In this document: one piece after another, positions 51,270-64,000 of the stretch | How the letters are laid out: the number at the start of each line of letters is the position of its first letter | How positions within the stretch are numbered: position 1 is the stretch's first letter | Assembly: GCA_951406725.2 (NCBI GenBank) | Contig: OX597822.1 | Span: 48,670,001-48,734,000, forward strand | Reading direction: 5' to 3' | Origin: Octopus vulgaris | Taxonomy: Eukaryota | Length of the DNA stretch: 64,000 nt | Program-made: the position numbers and the translations under genes | The notes under the pieces: generated by a model | What the model saw: only the letters and a program-made list of their open reading frames with translations | Databases searched by the model: none | What the model was told of the DNA's origin: nothing

Positions 51270-51945
51270 GATTCGGTCACTGGACTGCGGCCATGCTGTG
51301 GCACCGCCTTAGGAGTGGGAGCGGGGTGTAAATGGAACAAATCGATCCCAGTGTGTTACTTTTTTCCTGTCAGTTCCTTTTGCCAAACTGCTACGTTACG
51401 AGGACGTATACAAACTAACACCGGTTGTCAAGCAGTGGCGGTGGACACAGACACAGACAAAACACATACACCTACACACACACATGCATATACAAACATA
51501 CACATATATGTGTGTGTATTTTTTTATTCTTTTACTGGGTTCAGTCATTTGACTGCGGCCATGCTGGAGCACCGCCTTTAGTCGAACAAATTGACCCCAG
51601 GACTTATTCTTTGTAAACCTAGTACTTATTGTATCAGTCTCTTTTGTCGAACCGCCAAGTTACGGAGACGTAAACTCACTAACATCGGTTGTCAAGCGAT
51701 GGTGGGGAAGACAAACACAGACACACAAACATATACATACATAAATATATATATTATATATATATATATGTGTATGTATGTATACGACGGGCTTCCACAC
51801 AGTTTCCGTATACCAAATTCACTGACAAGGCATTGGTTAGCGTGGACCAGTACTAGAAGACTTACCCAAGATGCCACGGAGTGGGACTGAACTTGAAACG
51901 ACGTGGTCGCAAAGCGAGCTTCTTAACCACTCGGCTATGCCCGCA
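51270..51945 (-). mobile_element. Two adjacent SINE A copies (3' half 51270-51470; full 51525-51945)
   Basis: Two GACTGCGGCCATGCTG tails; head reverse complement GTGGGACTGAAC...CTTCTTAACCAC. Confidence 0.8.
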
Positions 51946-52099
51946 CCTCCCTCCCATTTCCTCTCCATCCTCTCATTTCTCAATCTCTCTACTCCCAACA
52001 CCTCAGTCTCCCTCCCTCACACCACTCCTACTCTCTTCCCCGTTCGTCCACTGGTGTCACCTACGTCACAAATTCTGCGGCACTTTCGCCGCTTCCTGC

Positions 52100-52805
52100 A
52101 ATCTCCTCTCTCCCTCTCTCTCTAATTCCCGACATCAAACAGACGGACGAGAACGCTCCTTATCAATTAAACCCTTCTTTCTTCTCTCTTACCGTCCCCT
52201 TCCTTCTAACTCCTCTCTCTCTTTCTCTTTCTCCACCTCGTCTCCTATCTCTTACTCTCCGACCTCCATCCTTAACTCTCGTCTTCCTCTCCCACTTTTG
52301 TCTAACCCTCTCACTCTACTCTCTCTGTACCCCCTCACTTCTCCCCTCCACCACCAACATTACATGTCACTCTTACTTTCACACACTCTCTCTCTCTTCT
52401 CCCTTCCCGTTCTTCTTCTCGTACCACAACCCTTTCGGCCTATTTCACTCCACCACCACCACACTTACTATGATTATCAAATAGACACTCCATATCCGCC
52501 ACTCCCCTCCTCCGCTGTTGCTTTCACTCACTCACTCATTCACTCTCTCTCTCTTCTCCCTTCTCTCTCTCTCTCTTCTCCCTTCTCTCTCTATCTCTTC
52601 ATCTCTATTTATCTCTCTTTCTCTCTGTGCCTTCTCCCTTTTCTCTCACTCTCCCTTCTCTCTCACTCTCTCTCTCTGCCTCTCTTTCTCTCTGTGCCTT
52701 CTCTCCTTTCTCTCACTCTCCCTCATCTTTCTCTCTCTTATATTTCTCTCTCTGTCTCTTTCAGTCTGTCTCTCTTTCTCATTCTCTTTGTCTCTCTCTC
52801 TCACA

Positions 52806-52865
<60 letters not shown>

Positions 52866-52898
52866 TTATCTATCTTTATCTATCTATCTGTCTGTCTA

Positions 52899-52944
<46 letters not shown>

Positions 52945-52970
52945 TATCTGTCTCTCTCTCTCTACTTTTC
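52100..52970. repeat. Pyrimidine-rich (CT)n/(TCTA)n tract
   Basis: Directly visible. Confidence 0.85.
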
Positions 52971-53097
52971 TGTTCAGATATCTTCTAATCTCCCCTCACA
53001 CTCACAGACCTCACTCTTTCATCCTTCCGCTCTCTTATCTGTCATTATTTTTCCCTCACATTCTCTGCAATCCTTCCCTCACTCGTCTAATGCCACC

Positions 53098-53465
53098 ACT
53101 TCACTCACCTCAATCTCTCCCCTTCACTCACTTAAATCTCTCCCTTCACTCACCTCAATCTCTCCCTTCACTCACCTCAATCCCCCCCTCACTCACTTCA
53201 ATCTCTCCCCTTCACTCACCTCAATCTCTCCCCTTCACTCACCTCAATCTCCCCCCTTCACTCACTTCAATCTCTCCCCTTCACTCACCTTAATCTCTCC
53301 CCTTCACTCACCTCAATCCCCCCTTCACTCACTTCAATCTCTCCCCTTCACTTCCCTCAATCTCTCCCCTTCACTCATCTCAATCTCTCCCCTTCACTCA
53401 CCTCAATATCTCCCCTTCACTCACCTCAATATCTCCCCTTCACTCACCTCATCTCTTTCACTCAC
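53098..53465. repeat. 23-bp minisatellite (TTCACTCACCTCAATCTCTCCCC)
   Basis: About 16 tandem copies. Confidence 0.9.
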
Positions 53466-53759
53466 GTCAATCTCACCCACGCTCACCTCAGTAGTCTGCC
53501 AACACTTTCACCTCATTCTAACCTCCACTCGCCTAATGTCTCACCCCACTCACCCACACTCTCACTCGACTCAATCTCACCTAATGGCCCCTGTGTGTAA
53601 TGAACAGGAGCAACAAAGATCAATGCAAAGAGTTTTAACAGTTCTTAATCAGTAAAAGAAATTACGAGGGTTCCATCTGCACGAAACTCTCAGCTTTTGA
53701 GTCACTTTTGCAACATTTCTGCTGCAAAATACTATATTCGTATACATGTATATGTGTGT

Positions 53760-53965
53760 GTATGTTTTTGTGTCTGTGTTTGTTGCCACCGTTGCTCGAA
53801 AACCGTGTTGGTGTGCTTACATCCCCGTAACTTAGCGGTTCGGCAAGAGTTTGATGTAACAAGTAGAAGGCATAAAAAGCAATATGTACTGGAATCGATG
53901 CATTCGATTAAAAATTCAAGGTGGTGCCCTAGCATGGCCGCAGTCTAATGACCGAAACAAGTAAA
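53760..53965 (+). mobile_element. SINE family A 3' half
   Basis: CCCCGTAACTTAGCGGTTCGGCAA ... AGCATGGCCGCAGTCTAATGACCGAAAC. Confidence 0.8.
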
Positions 53966-53977
53966 ATAATATATATA

Positions 53978-54183
53978 CAGTAATCCCTGGACTATCGCGG
54001 ATGTTACGTTCCAAAACCTCCCACAGAAATAATTAAAATCTAAAAAAATATAAATATCTATCGGCCACAGAAACCCGCGATGTATTGAGGAGTCCGCGAT
54101 ATAAATTTACATACATTAGCCAGAAAAATCCGCGTTGTACTGAGTACGAGATAGGTGAACCGCGATATGGCGAGGTATTGCTG
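53978..54183. mobile_element. pogo/Tigger-like MITE, internally deleted sister of 14944-15447
   Basis: TA-CAGTAATCCC ... CGAGGTATTGCTG; colinear with both ends of the first copy. Confidence 0.8.
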
Positions 54184-56762
54184 TGTATATATATATATGC
54201 TTTTAAGCCATTCCCTCGGCAAGAACCCACAGAATTTTTTTTCAAACAATAGACAACTATACTCCCTCTCTTTCTCTCTAACACCTTGAACTCTATGCTA
54301 AACTGTATTTAAAGAAGACTCCAACAAAAAAACTAAAGACATGTTTTGACAACCAAGCAGAAGATAAACTGTTTTTACTTCAATTTTTTTATAATTTTTC
54401 ATCAATATGTGACAAGATGAAATTCATTTTCGAAACCGGTAATATTTTATATAACTTTCAAATCATTTTATTAAATTCTTTCTAAATTGAAATGTCTTAG
54501 ATTTACTTCCGTGCTGTTTCCACCTCCATCTTTTATATATAAAAATTTGATTTGTATAGATCTCTAATCTTTTTGAACTAGTATATGTGTGTGTATACAG
54601 TAAAATGTATGCGTCCGTGTGCACGATTATCGTATCAGTTACTCTAGTTTCACAAATTATTGTTTAAATGTCATATGTATTATTTTTTTTTTTCATATTA
54701 AAAACGTGCTTCTCTTGTTTTACAAGGTTTCGATTTGCACGTGGGCTCGCTGGACCAATCTACCGTGTAAACCGAGGTTCAATTAAATGCGCGCGCGTAC
54801 ATGCACCCCCTTCCCCCCCACACACACACATGTATACGATGTTATCCCATATACCCGCCTATCTGTTACGCTTCTTCCGCCACTAAAGTCACATACACAT
54901 GCACACTCACACAAACACACTGACACACACAAACACAAAACAGACATATGCACACATATACAGGAACTGAGAGTGGCGTGCTTACGCGACACACGCACAA
55001 ACACACACACACATACGGACAGGACGTCGTCACATCAGCGGAGTTTGTTCCTATTCCGTCATCACTATAAACGCCGCCGCCGCGTTTCCTTTCTCCTTTT
55101 TCTCTTTTTCTCTCTTTCTTTTAATCTTCCTTCTTCATCCATTCGTTCCCCCCACCCACCTCCACTCACCACACAACACTCTTTAAATTCACCTCAACCC
55201 CTTCATGACGAAACCCTCAACGCCAACCCCAACCCCAACCACCAAACCCTCTCACTTCTTCTCTTCCTCATTATTACTGCCACCGCTTATATTGACACAC
55301 ACACACACACATCTCTTTACCTACTTCTCACTATCTCTCTCTCTCACGCATCTCTCCTCTTCGTCTCTCTCTCTCTCTGTCTCCTACTCCCCGCTCTCAC
55401 CCTCGTCTTTCTTCTTCCTCTTTGTCTCTCCCATCCCATCTCCAGTCAGCCAAACATCAAACACTTTTACAAGAGACAATTACAAGCTCGTCTGTGTTTG
55501 CGCGCGCGCGCGCGTTTGTGTATGTGTCTGCTCGTGCACATGTATGTGTATATGTACATTCTTCCTACCGATGCCAGTATGCATATGTGTATGTGAATAT
55601 ACGTGAGTGTGTGCACAAATGTGTGCACAAATGTATATATATATATATATATATATGTGTATGTATTGGTGCATACGCGTTTATGCATGTGCTTATGCAT
55701 ATACAATTTGTTTATGTATGCGTATATGTGCATGTGTATATATGTGTGTGTATGTATATGTGTGTGTATGTATGTGTGTATGTATGTATGTGTGTATAGA
55801 TGTATATGTGCGCGCATCTGAGTATATCTCTATGCATGTGTTCCTTTAATTGATCCAAGAAATTACGCACAAATTTACCCACACAAACACGTACATACAT
55901 ACATACATACATACATACATACACGTACATATATATGCACACATATTCCCATCGCCATTTCATTTCCCCTCTGTTTCTCTCTCTTCCTCTCTCCCTCCCA
56001 TTCTCCCCTTCACTGTTACCCATCGACTACGCATGTGACGTGCATAATATGCATACCGTACATACCAAACTGTGACACACATCATGTCACACAGCCGTGT
56101 CACACCTCACTCTTGAGTGAATAGAGCAATGCCTCCTTACCAGGAAGCTTCCGCACTTCATAGACGTACAGCAGCGGCAGTAGTAGCCGCAGCAGCAACA
56201 TCTCTTTGACGCCTGAGTGGGAAGAGGAAACTCTGAGTAACGTCGAAGTTAATCCATCAACTTGTTTACACACACACACACACACACACAAGCGCAAACA
56301 CAAACACGCACACACACCGGACACGGACACACATGCACACACACACAAGCGCAAACACAAACACGCACACACACCGGGACACGGACACACATGCACACAC
56401 ACACACACACACACGCTTATCCATCAATCACACGTGCACAGACACATATTGTATACACACATCGTAAACACACACACTCTCTCTTTTCCCCCTCACACAT
56501 ATACACACGCATGCCACATACGCATGCACGTATACATCACACACATTTTAATTCACTCTAATAACTTTGTGTGTGTGTGTGTATGTGTGTGTGTATGTGT
56601 GTGTGTGTGTGTGTCTGTGTGTGTGACTGCGTTATGTAGTTATGTATTTTCGTCCAGCTCTCTGCTCTCTGATTTCAAATCCCGCCAATGTCGACTTTGG
56701 TATCATCTTTTAGGGTTCAGTATGATACCTCCATACTGTATATATGTATATATATGTATGTA

Positions 56763-56810
<48 letters not shown>

Positions 56811-56821
56811 ATGTATGTATG

Positions 56822-56899
<78 letters not shown>

Positions 56900-57959
56900 T
56901 GTATATATGTATATATATATATATATATATGCGACAAATTTTTAAGCAGTTTCCTTATCTATTAAATTTGCTCAAGGTATTAGTTGGTCAGAAGCTATAC
57001 TAGAAGATACTTGCCCAAGGTGCCGTGCTGTGGAACTGAATCCCAAAACGCGTTGTAAAATGAGCTTCTTAACCTCACAATTTCCACCGATTTATTTCCG
57101 CGTAACTGATTACTTGTTTTTCGACAACGAAACAGATGTCAAGCAAACCACTCTAACGAGAGAGAATGCATCAAGACATTTCATAGTTACTGAAGAATTT
57201 TATATGCAGTGGAATACATATATGCATGTGTGTGTGCGTAAGAGAGAAATGTCACTGTAAAAAAGCATATGGGGATCAGTAGCAGCTCTCAAGATCGGAT
57301 ATACAAAATATATACATTCGTTCAGAAATACAAACGAAAGCAACTCCTTTATAATATCAAAATATATTTGGTATCTAAAAAACAGAAATATATTTAAAGA
57401 ACAGATTTAATAACTGCAAAGTTACATACATACAACAGTCCCGGTAGCAATTTGAACTCGTATACCGAAGATGCTTGAGATACTGGCCTCACTGCTCAAT
57501 ATCTTGAATAGAGGAAAGAAGAAAAATTCAAAATTGCAATCTTTCAAACATATTCCTACTTAGTGTACATTCGAACCGGTTGAATATTTAAATCCTGAAT
57601 CAGCAATCGTGAAATTCATCACTTGACATAATGCATACAGCGCAAGACAGAAAATTCTCCTTAACTATTTGAAACATTCAGTTTAGGCTTTTCACCTGTC
57701 CATATTCTCTAGTTATCACATGAAAATCTAACACGGCGTTAATGCTTTACTGTTTTGTTACTAAAACAGCTCAGCTCCGCGCCAAATAACGATGACAAAC
57801 TCTTTATTTTACGTGTCACATTGTCATGTATCTGATTAGTAAACTATAATGTGAGTCACCTCATTAACTTTAACAAGCTGCTCATTCAATCAACAGTCGG
57901 ATTCGGTTCATAGACTTAAAAACTTCCACGTTGAAACACTTAAGCATTTAATTCTCAGA

Positions 57960-58600
57960 TCTTACAATGTGTAACCAGAATGGGCTGCAGAGCGTGATTC
58001 TGCTAAAATAACGTTCTAGAAACTTGTAACTGATAATGGACGGAATTCGCTGAATCTAGTAATGTATTTTCAAGGTTCGGCACTAATGGGTTTGCACTGA
58101 ATCTAAATAATGTATTTTAAAAGTTTGGCACTAATAGCTTTCGCAAAAGTCTAGAAATGCATTTTAAAGGATTGGCCCGAATAGATTTCGCTGAGTCCTG
58201 GAATGTATATTAAAGACTTGGCATTAATTAGCTTCACATTAATGGATTCTCAGAGTCTAGTGATGTATTTTAGTGGTCTGGCACCAATGGGTTTCGCGAA
58301 TCTGCGAATGCATTTTAATGGTTTGGCACCATTTTTGTCTGAACTTAAGAATGTATTTCAGGGTCTTTGCTCGAAAGAGTAACACTGTCTTGGCGCTGTG
58401 TTTTGAGGACCCTAGGAATGTATTTATAACGCTTGACACTAATGAGTTTTGCAGAACCTTATAATATGTTTATAATGCTGGCTATTGATAGAGTTCTGTG
58501 ATTTCCTTTCGAGAGATTGGCGATTTTGTTGATTCTAGTAATGTCTTAATAAGGAATGGTACTAATGGACTCATTCTGTAAACGTTCGGCATGCATTTCT
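57960..58600. repeat. Old ~46-48-bp tandem repeat (GGCACTAATGG...GAATCTAG.AATGTATTTT)
   Basis: GGCA/GGCC starts at about 58079, 58127, 58174, 58220, 58280 and 58325. Confidence 0.75.
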
Positions 58601-58838
58601 ACAGGAAACTGTCCAGGCCCCAAATGTTATGAAGGTTATCTGGCAGTGAAGTGGGTTTCTTGGAACACGTTTTATAAATGTTTTCATGCAGCTGGTAGAT
58701 CGTGAATTAGTTAACGAACGCGTAGAAAAGTTAGTTATTTTATACAGCAAATTAATGGGATTGCTAGATCAGTTCCATAAAAAAGAAACAAAATATTTTC
58801 AAAAAGAGGCGGCCCAAAATGAAATACTTGCTATTGAA

Positions 58839-58879
<41 letters not shown>

Positions 58880-58882
<3 letters not shown>

Positions 58883-59035
58883 AGAAAATGGAGGAATATA
58901 TTCCTTTCAATCATCAACTTCCAGATAATACCAATTCATATAATTTATTAACTAATTAATTAAATAATAAATTATATGAATTAGTATTATCTGGAAGTTG
59001 ATGATTGAAAGGAATCAATTCCTCCATTTTCTTAT
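58880..59035. repeat. Hairpin with 71-bp arms and a 14-nt spacer
   Basis: 58880-58950 vs 58965-59035, 68/71 complementary; abuts (TA)n. Confidence 0.95.
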
Positions 59036-59218
59036 TTTGTATTATGAATTTGAGGTAAAGCATTTTACCTTCGCCCATATAATACAATAAATGAACTAAT
59101 TGCATTGCAATTGTAAGCATTTATGTATTAGCCTTTTGGGTACCTTACTGGCAGTATATTGGATAAATGATATCCCACAGTGGGTTACACTCATAACCCC
59201 TATCTCACTTTGTACTTT

Positions 59219-59256
<38 letters not shown>

Positions 59257-59442
59257 CTTCAACTAAAATTGTAAAAAATAAAAAAATAACAAGGTAAAAA
59301 AAAATAATAACAAGGTAGATGTTTCTATTTTTCATTCCTTTCGAAAATTACTCTTAAATGTGGTTTTGGTCGTTTTTGGCTGCTTCTTCTAGAGTTTAAA
59401 ATTACCTATTATAGGTAGTTTCTCTTGTGTTTAAATGTACAC

Positions 59443-59480
<38 letters not shown>

Positions 59481-59484
<4 letters not shown>

Positions 59485-59703
59485 TTTCATAAGCTTAAAG
59501 CTTATAAGCGATCACTGTGCTATGACTAAAGAAAATAGTCTAATAATGGAGCATATAAGCCTTCGACGGAAAAAAGTAGGTTTTCCCACGTATACGGGAA
59601 AAACCTGTTTTTTTCCGTCGAGGGCTTATATGCTCCATTATTAGACTATTTTCTTTAATCATTGCATAGTGATCGCTTATAAGCTTTAAGCTTATAAAAT
59701 ACT
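59481..59703. repeat. 223-bp near-perfect hairpin
   Basis: Arms of ~107 nt with about 7 substitutions and 1 indel; centre CGTATACG; abuts (TA)n. Confidence 0.95.
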
Positions 59704-60579
59704 CTTATTTTTTACAGAATTGTAAAAATCGATGCTGCTTAACAAAAACCATCGCAGTAAAATTTATATATATTTGCATGTTTATATGTATGTATGCATG
59801 CATGCATGTATGTACGTATGCATGCATGCATGTATGTATGTATATATATGTATGCATGTATGTATATATAAGTATGTGTGTATCATGTCTGTGTGTTTGT
59901 ACACTACTAACCGATGTCGGTTCGTTTACGTCCCTGTAACTTAGAGACCGATAGCGTAAGTACCAGATTTTATTAAGTAAGTGCAGCGGTGGATTTCTTC
60001 AACTAAAACCTTTCGAGGCTGTGCCCTAGAACGGTCGTTGTCTAATGACTGAAGCAAGCAGAAGACAAAAACCTCATTTCGTTTTAAAGAAATCGTATTG
60101 CTTGTTACTATGACGATATCTCGTCTAAATTTGCTCAAATTCTGGATAATTGATGGTGGTTATTCAATTTAAAATGTCGATGTTGTAATTTTTTTTTTTT
60201 TTTCTTTTACATTCATCAAACATGATTAGAATTTGTCATTGTGATGAAGTTTCTCTCCCCTCATTGAATCTTAAAACCAGTAACTTTAATTAAATGATTT
60301 TTTTCCATGCTCGCTACATTAATCATGTTAGCACTCACTTAACTATTGTGCTTCACGTGGATGGCGCCCCTAAGTATTTCCCTTCGGTTATTAATTACAA
60401 AAACTGAGCCACATTCAAAGGGATTATTGATTTGGATGAAACTTATTATGAGATGTATGGCTTCCCAATGAAACGCTTGCAAATTTTGATTATATTTAAT
60501 TAATTTTTAATTAATATATTTTTCAGTAATGCCTATTTCTTGAATAATGCCAATTTCTTCGTAATATTTATTGGGTTTT

Positions 60580-60716
60580 CATTCCGCCGAGGTCAACTTT
60601 GCTTTTTATTCTTTCGAGATCGATAAATTAAGTACCAGTTGCATACTAGGGTCGATCTAATCGACTGGCCCCCTCTCCTTAAATTTCGGGTCTTGTGCCT
60701 AGAGTAGAAAAGAATA
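60580..60716 (+). mobile_element. 5'-truncated SINE B inserted in a minisatellite
   Basis: TTCCGCCGAGGTCAACTTTGC...GTGCCTAGAGTAGAAAAG; array-like words on both sides. Confidence 0.8.
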
Positions 60717-61075
60717 TTGGTTTCTCGAGTATTGCCAAATTATCGAGTAGTGATAGTTTTTCGGGTAATGCCGGTTTCTCGAGTGATATTAGGTGCTAAA
60801 TTAATACCGGTTTCTCGAGTAATGCCGGTTTCTCAGTAATATTGGCTTCTCGATTAATGCCAAATTATCAAGTAGAGCTGGTTTCTCGGGTAATGCCGGT
60901 TTCTCGAGTAATGCCGGTTTCTCAGTAATATTGGTTTCTCGATTAATGCCAAATTATCAAGTAGAGCTGGTTTCTCGGGTAATGCCGGTTTCTCGAGTAA
61001 TGCCGTTTTCTCGAGTGCTATTGGGTGCTCTAAATTAATACCGGTTTCTCTTGCAATGCCGGTTTCTCAAGTAAT
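60716..61075. repeat. 18-bp minisatellite (GTAATGCCGGTTTCTCGA) with ~88-bp duplication
   Basis: Directly visible. Confidence 0.9.
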
Positions 61076-61178
61076 GTTTGTCTTTAACTGCTGACTGACT
61101 AACTTTCGACATTCCGAAGGCGTCCTCTTCAATTTGCCTTTTGACTGCTGTCACACCAAAACTCTTTACAAACCGATA

Positions 61179-61213
<35 letters not shown>

Positions 61214-61460
61214 CATTATGTCACATGCTGCATAGTATTACGTATAATTAAAGTGCATCCATCCAACCCCCATCATCCCGTTATTAAAATAAAAGGGTCA
61301 CCTGATTTCTAATGAAATTTGTAAATCTTAGAAGAGCCCCATGACACAATATGGTTAAGATATTCCGTCTCCGTCTCTACTTCTGTGCGAGTATTTATTC
61401 GCTCGCGTACGCGCGCGTTGACTTTGAAGTAGGCACATATGCGTGTATATATAAAAATAT

Positions 61461-61869
61461 ATCCCAAACTTTGGCATCGAGAGTTACACAAATGCCAGAA
61501 CTGGGCGCCACTGCGTGGTGCCTAGGACTCCAAATTTGCCATCAAGATGTAGGACAAGATACTGTGATAGCCTGGGCTTCCAAGGCCCACAGTTCTTCAA
61601 TATCCTCCCGAAGAACCTAAGAGACCTGCATGGGGTGGATGCAGATGTCTTTAAAATGAAACTGGATCTTTTCTTGTCAGGTATCCCAAATGAACCAACT
61701 TCACGGCAGGAGGTGCAGATGAGGGCAGCTGCATCGAACTCTCTCATGCACCAAATGGCAGTTGCTAAAAAGCATTCGTGAAGTAAAACCATGTAGCAAC
61801 ACCAAATGGCGGTGCCCCAGCATAGCCACAGCTCGTGAGCTGAAACTAGAATCAATCAATCAATCAATC
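61461..61869 (+). mobile_element. 5'-truncated CR1/L2-group LINE 3' end (ORF2 C-terminus, 3' UTR, (AATC)n tail)
   Basis: Open frame IPNFGIESYTNARTGRHC...GPQFFNILPKNLRDL...FKMKLDLFLSGIPNEP...NSL, stop 61779-61781; N.LP...FK..LD motif typical of CR1/L2-group ORF2 ends. Confidence 0.8.
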
Positions 61870-61883
61870 ATATATATATATAT

Positions 61884-61995
<112 letters not shown>

Positions 61996-62084
61996 GCGTA
62001 GGAGTAGCTGTGTGGTAAGAAACAAGGGTCAATTTGTCTGCGAAATAAAGTAACGTTACCCCTCTTCGGTCTCACTCTTGATGT

Positions 62085-62280
62085 TGCTAGTTTTTTCAGC
62101 CCCAAATCAAGCAGATGCATCCTCAAAGACATTCCATCTTTGACCATCTGGTCTTTTTAAATGGCTGTCTTTAACAACATTCTCAAAAATGCCTCTGTTT
62201 TCATTGTTTTTCAATAAAATAGGCGATGCAATTCGAAGGATTTAACTAATGTTTCCAGCAGGTCGAGCGACGGACAACGT
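62085..62280 (-). mobile_element. Dispersed repeat family E
   Basis: Minus GTCGCTCGACCTGCTGGAAA...GATGGTCAAAGATGGAATGTCTTTGA. Confidence 0.6.
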
Positions 62281-62322
62281 TGACGCTTTTTCTTTGACTC
62301 ATTGTATCTTTTATCTTGTTTT

Positions 62323-62650
62323 GCAGTCATAGGACTGCATAGGGGATTTTATCGAACAAATCTTCATTTTTTTCAAGCCTGGTACTTCTATGGGTCTCAT
62401 CTGCTGAACCGTCAATTTACGAGGACATAAACAAACCAACACCACTTGTCAAGTTGTGAGGTGTACAGACGAACGCACGCACGCGTGTATGCGCGCGTAC
62501 CACGCGCTTCCATACAGTTTCTGTCTACCAAGATCACTCACGGTTGGCCTATGGCTATAGTAGAAGACATTTGCCCAAGGTAGCGTGCAGTGGGATTGAA
62601 TCTGGAACCCTGTGGATGGGAAGCAAACTTTTTAACCACACAGCCATGCC
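62323..62650 (-). mobile_element. SINE family A, diverged
   Basis: GGCTATAGTAGAAGACATTTGCCCAAGGT...ACCACACAGCCATGC. Confidence 0.8.
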
Positions 62651-62915
62651 AGCCTCCGTTTAATCTTTGTTTAACCTCCTCATATCTGCTGTTCGTGTCG
62701 TCCAGCAGTCTTTCTGTCGGTGGTCCTAGCAGCCATGTTTATATGGACTCAAAGAAAACAGACGATCGTCTACTTCAACAAAACTACTAACTACAACGCT
62801 ACAACACTAGTAGCAGCAACAACAACTACACCTACGATTATTACTACTATTAGTACTACTACATCAACTACTACTACTACCACCACCACCACCACCACCA
62901 CTACTGCTGCTGCTG

Positions 62916-62970
<55 letters not shown>

Positions 62971-63516
62971 AGCAGTAACTTAATCCTTCATTAAGCAATT
63001 CTTTCCTTTCCTCTCGTTCTTTCTTTCCTTTTTGTAAGAGATATTAAGAATGGCTTTTGTTTTATTTATTTCTTAATTTGCCCAGATCCTCACCCCTCTA
63101 CTTACTCGTTCCCTAAAAACTATTCGCCAACCCACCCAGCCCCGACTCCAGCCGCAATTTGTAGCAGGGTAACGATTTAAGGGTGGACCAGCTGTTATCA
63201 CCAAACGCAAAATGGCGGTGACACAAAATAATGCAATTTTTCACTGCCCAGCAGCAGCAGCAGTACCGGTGGTTGTGGTGGTGGTGGTGGTGAAAATAGG
63301 GAATCAGGGTGAGGTGAGGTAGAACTGCTTGGTTATATCAATGAGCTCTCATTGCATTCTACGGTCTTGGAGAAGAAGGAATCTGTAGGATGTGTGAAGA
63401 GAGGGAGAGAAGGCGGAGGAGGAGGAAGGAGAAGAGGACGAGGGGAGAGAGAGATATATAGAGAGGAAAGGAGAGCTTTATATACCTGAACGGATTTCAT
63501 ACTCAAACACCATCAG

Positions 63517-63559
<43 letters not shown>

Positions 63560-63795
63560 TACACACACACTCATATATATATATACATACATGCATGCAT
63601 ACATACATGCATACATACGTCCATACATACATATATATATATATATATACATACATACACACACACTCACACACACACACACATATATATATAATACAAA
63701 ATGGGACAAGAACGCAAAACCTCCGGACTGTCAGGTGATACAAAAATGGGACACAAACATATATATGCATATACATATACATATATCTGTGTGTG

Positions 63796-63843
<48 letters not shown>

Positions 63844-64000
63844 TGCGTGTGTGTGTGTGCGTGTATATATATATATGTGTATGCATATATAATGTATGTA
63901 TACATATAGCTATAGATAGATATATAGATACATAGGCAGAGAGATAAACCGAGAGACAGATGGATAGATGGATTTACAAGAAGACCGGCCCACGGTGGTT

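Noticed and set aside
56128-56265. Short unique stretch translating as [13 protein letters not shown]... or ...[19 protein letters not shown]
   Set aside because: Very short, no convincing splice sites or recognisable domain
56283-56400. 58-bp tandem duplication in a CA-rich tract
   Set aside because: Ordinary slippage duplication within a microsatellite

Overview
AT-rich, microsatellite-saturated eukaryotic non-coding DNA (intron or intergenic). The SINE families look like those of coleoid cephalopods, most likely Octopus; this is inferred from remembered family resemblance, not from a search. I find no credible host protein-coding exon: almost all listed ORFs are read-throughs of (TA)n, (CA)n, (TCTA)n, (TATG)n or trinucleotide repeats. 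The window is a mosaic of tRNA-derived SINEs (about 20 copies or fragments of a CORE-type family A, more than 12 of a Meta-domain-like family B, plus modular families C and D), decayed LINE ends (CR1/L2-group, RTE, R4/Dong-like), MITEs (pogo/Tigger, hAT, Merlin-like, a Helentron-type HINE) and minisatellites. The most interesting signal is a set of ORF-less cassettes inserted in (TA)n tracts that carry type I hammerhead ribozymes on the minus strand. One has a fully intact core (34506-34569). Two have single core substitutions (35149-35209, 35557-35599). One (2341-2392) sits in a 556-nt unit with a near-identical 184-nt terminal direct repeat whose end maps about 7 nt from the predicted cleavage site, an architecture like a retrozyme or non-autonomous Penelope element. 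Also notable are long fold-back palindromes next to (TA)n tracts, a possible HDV-like ribozyme head on a dispersed repeat, a LINE/SINE shared 3' tail and R4/Dong-like ends abutting (CATA)n. Everything was read by eye, and the boundaries of decayed repeats are approximate.
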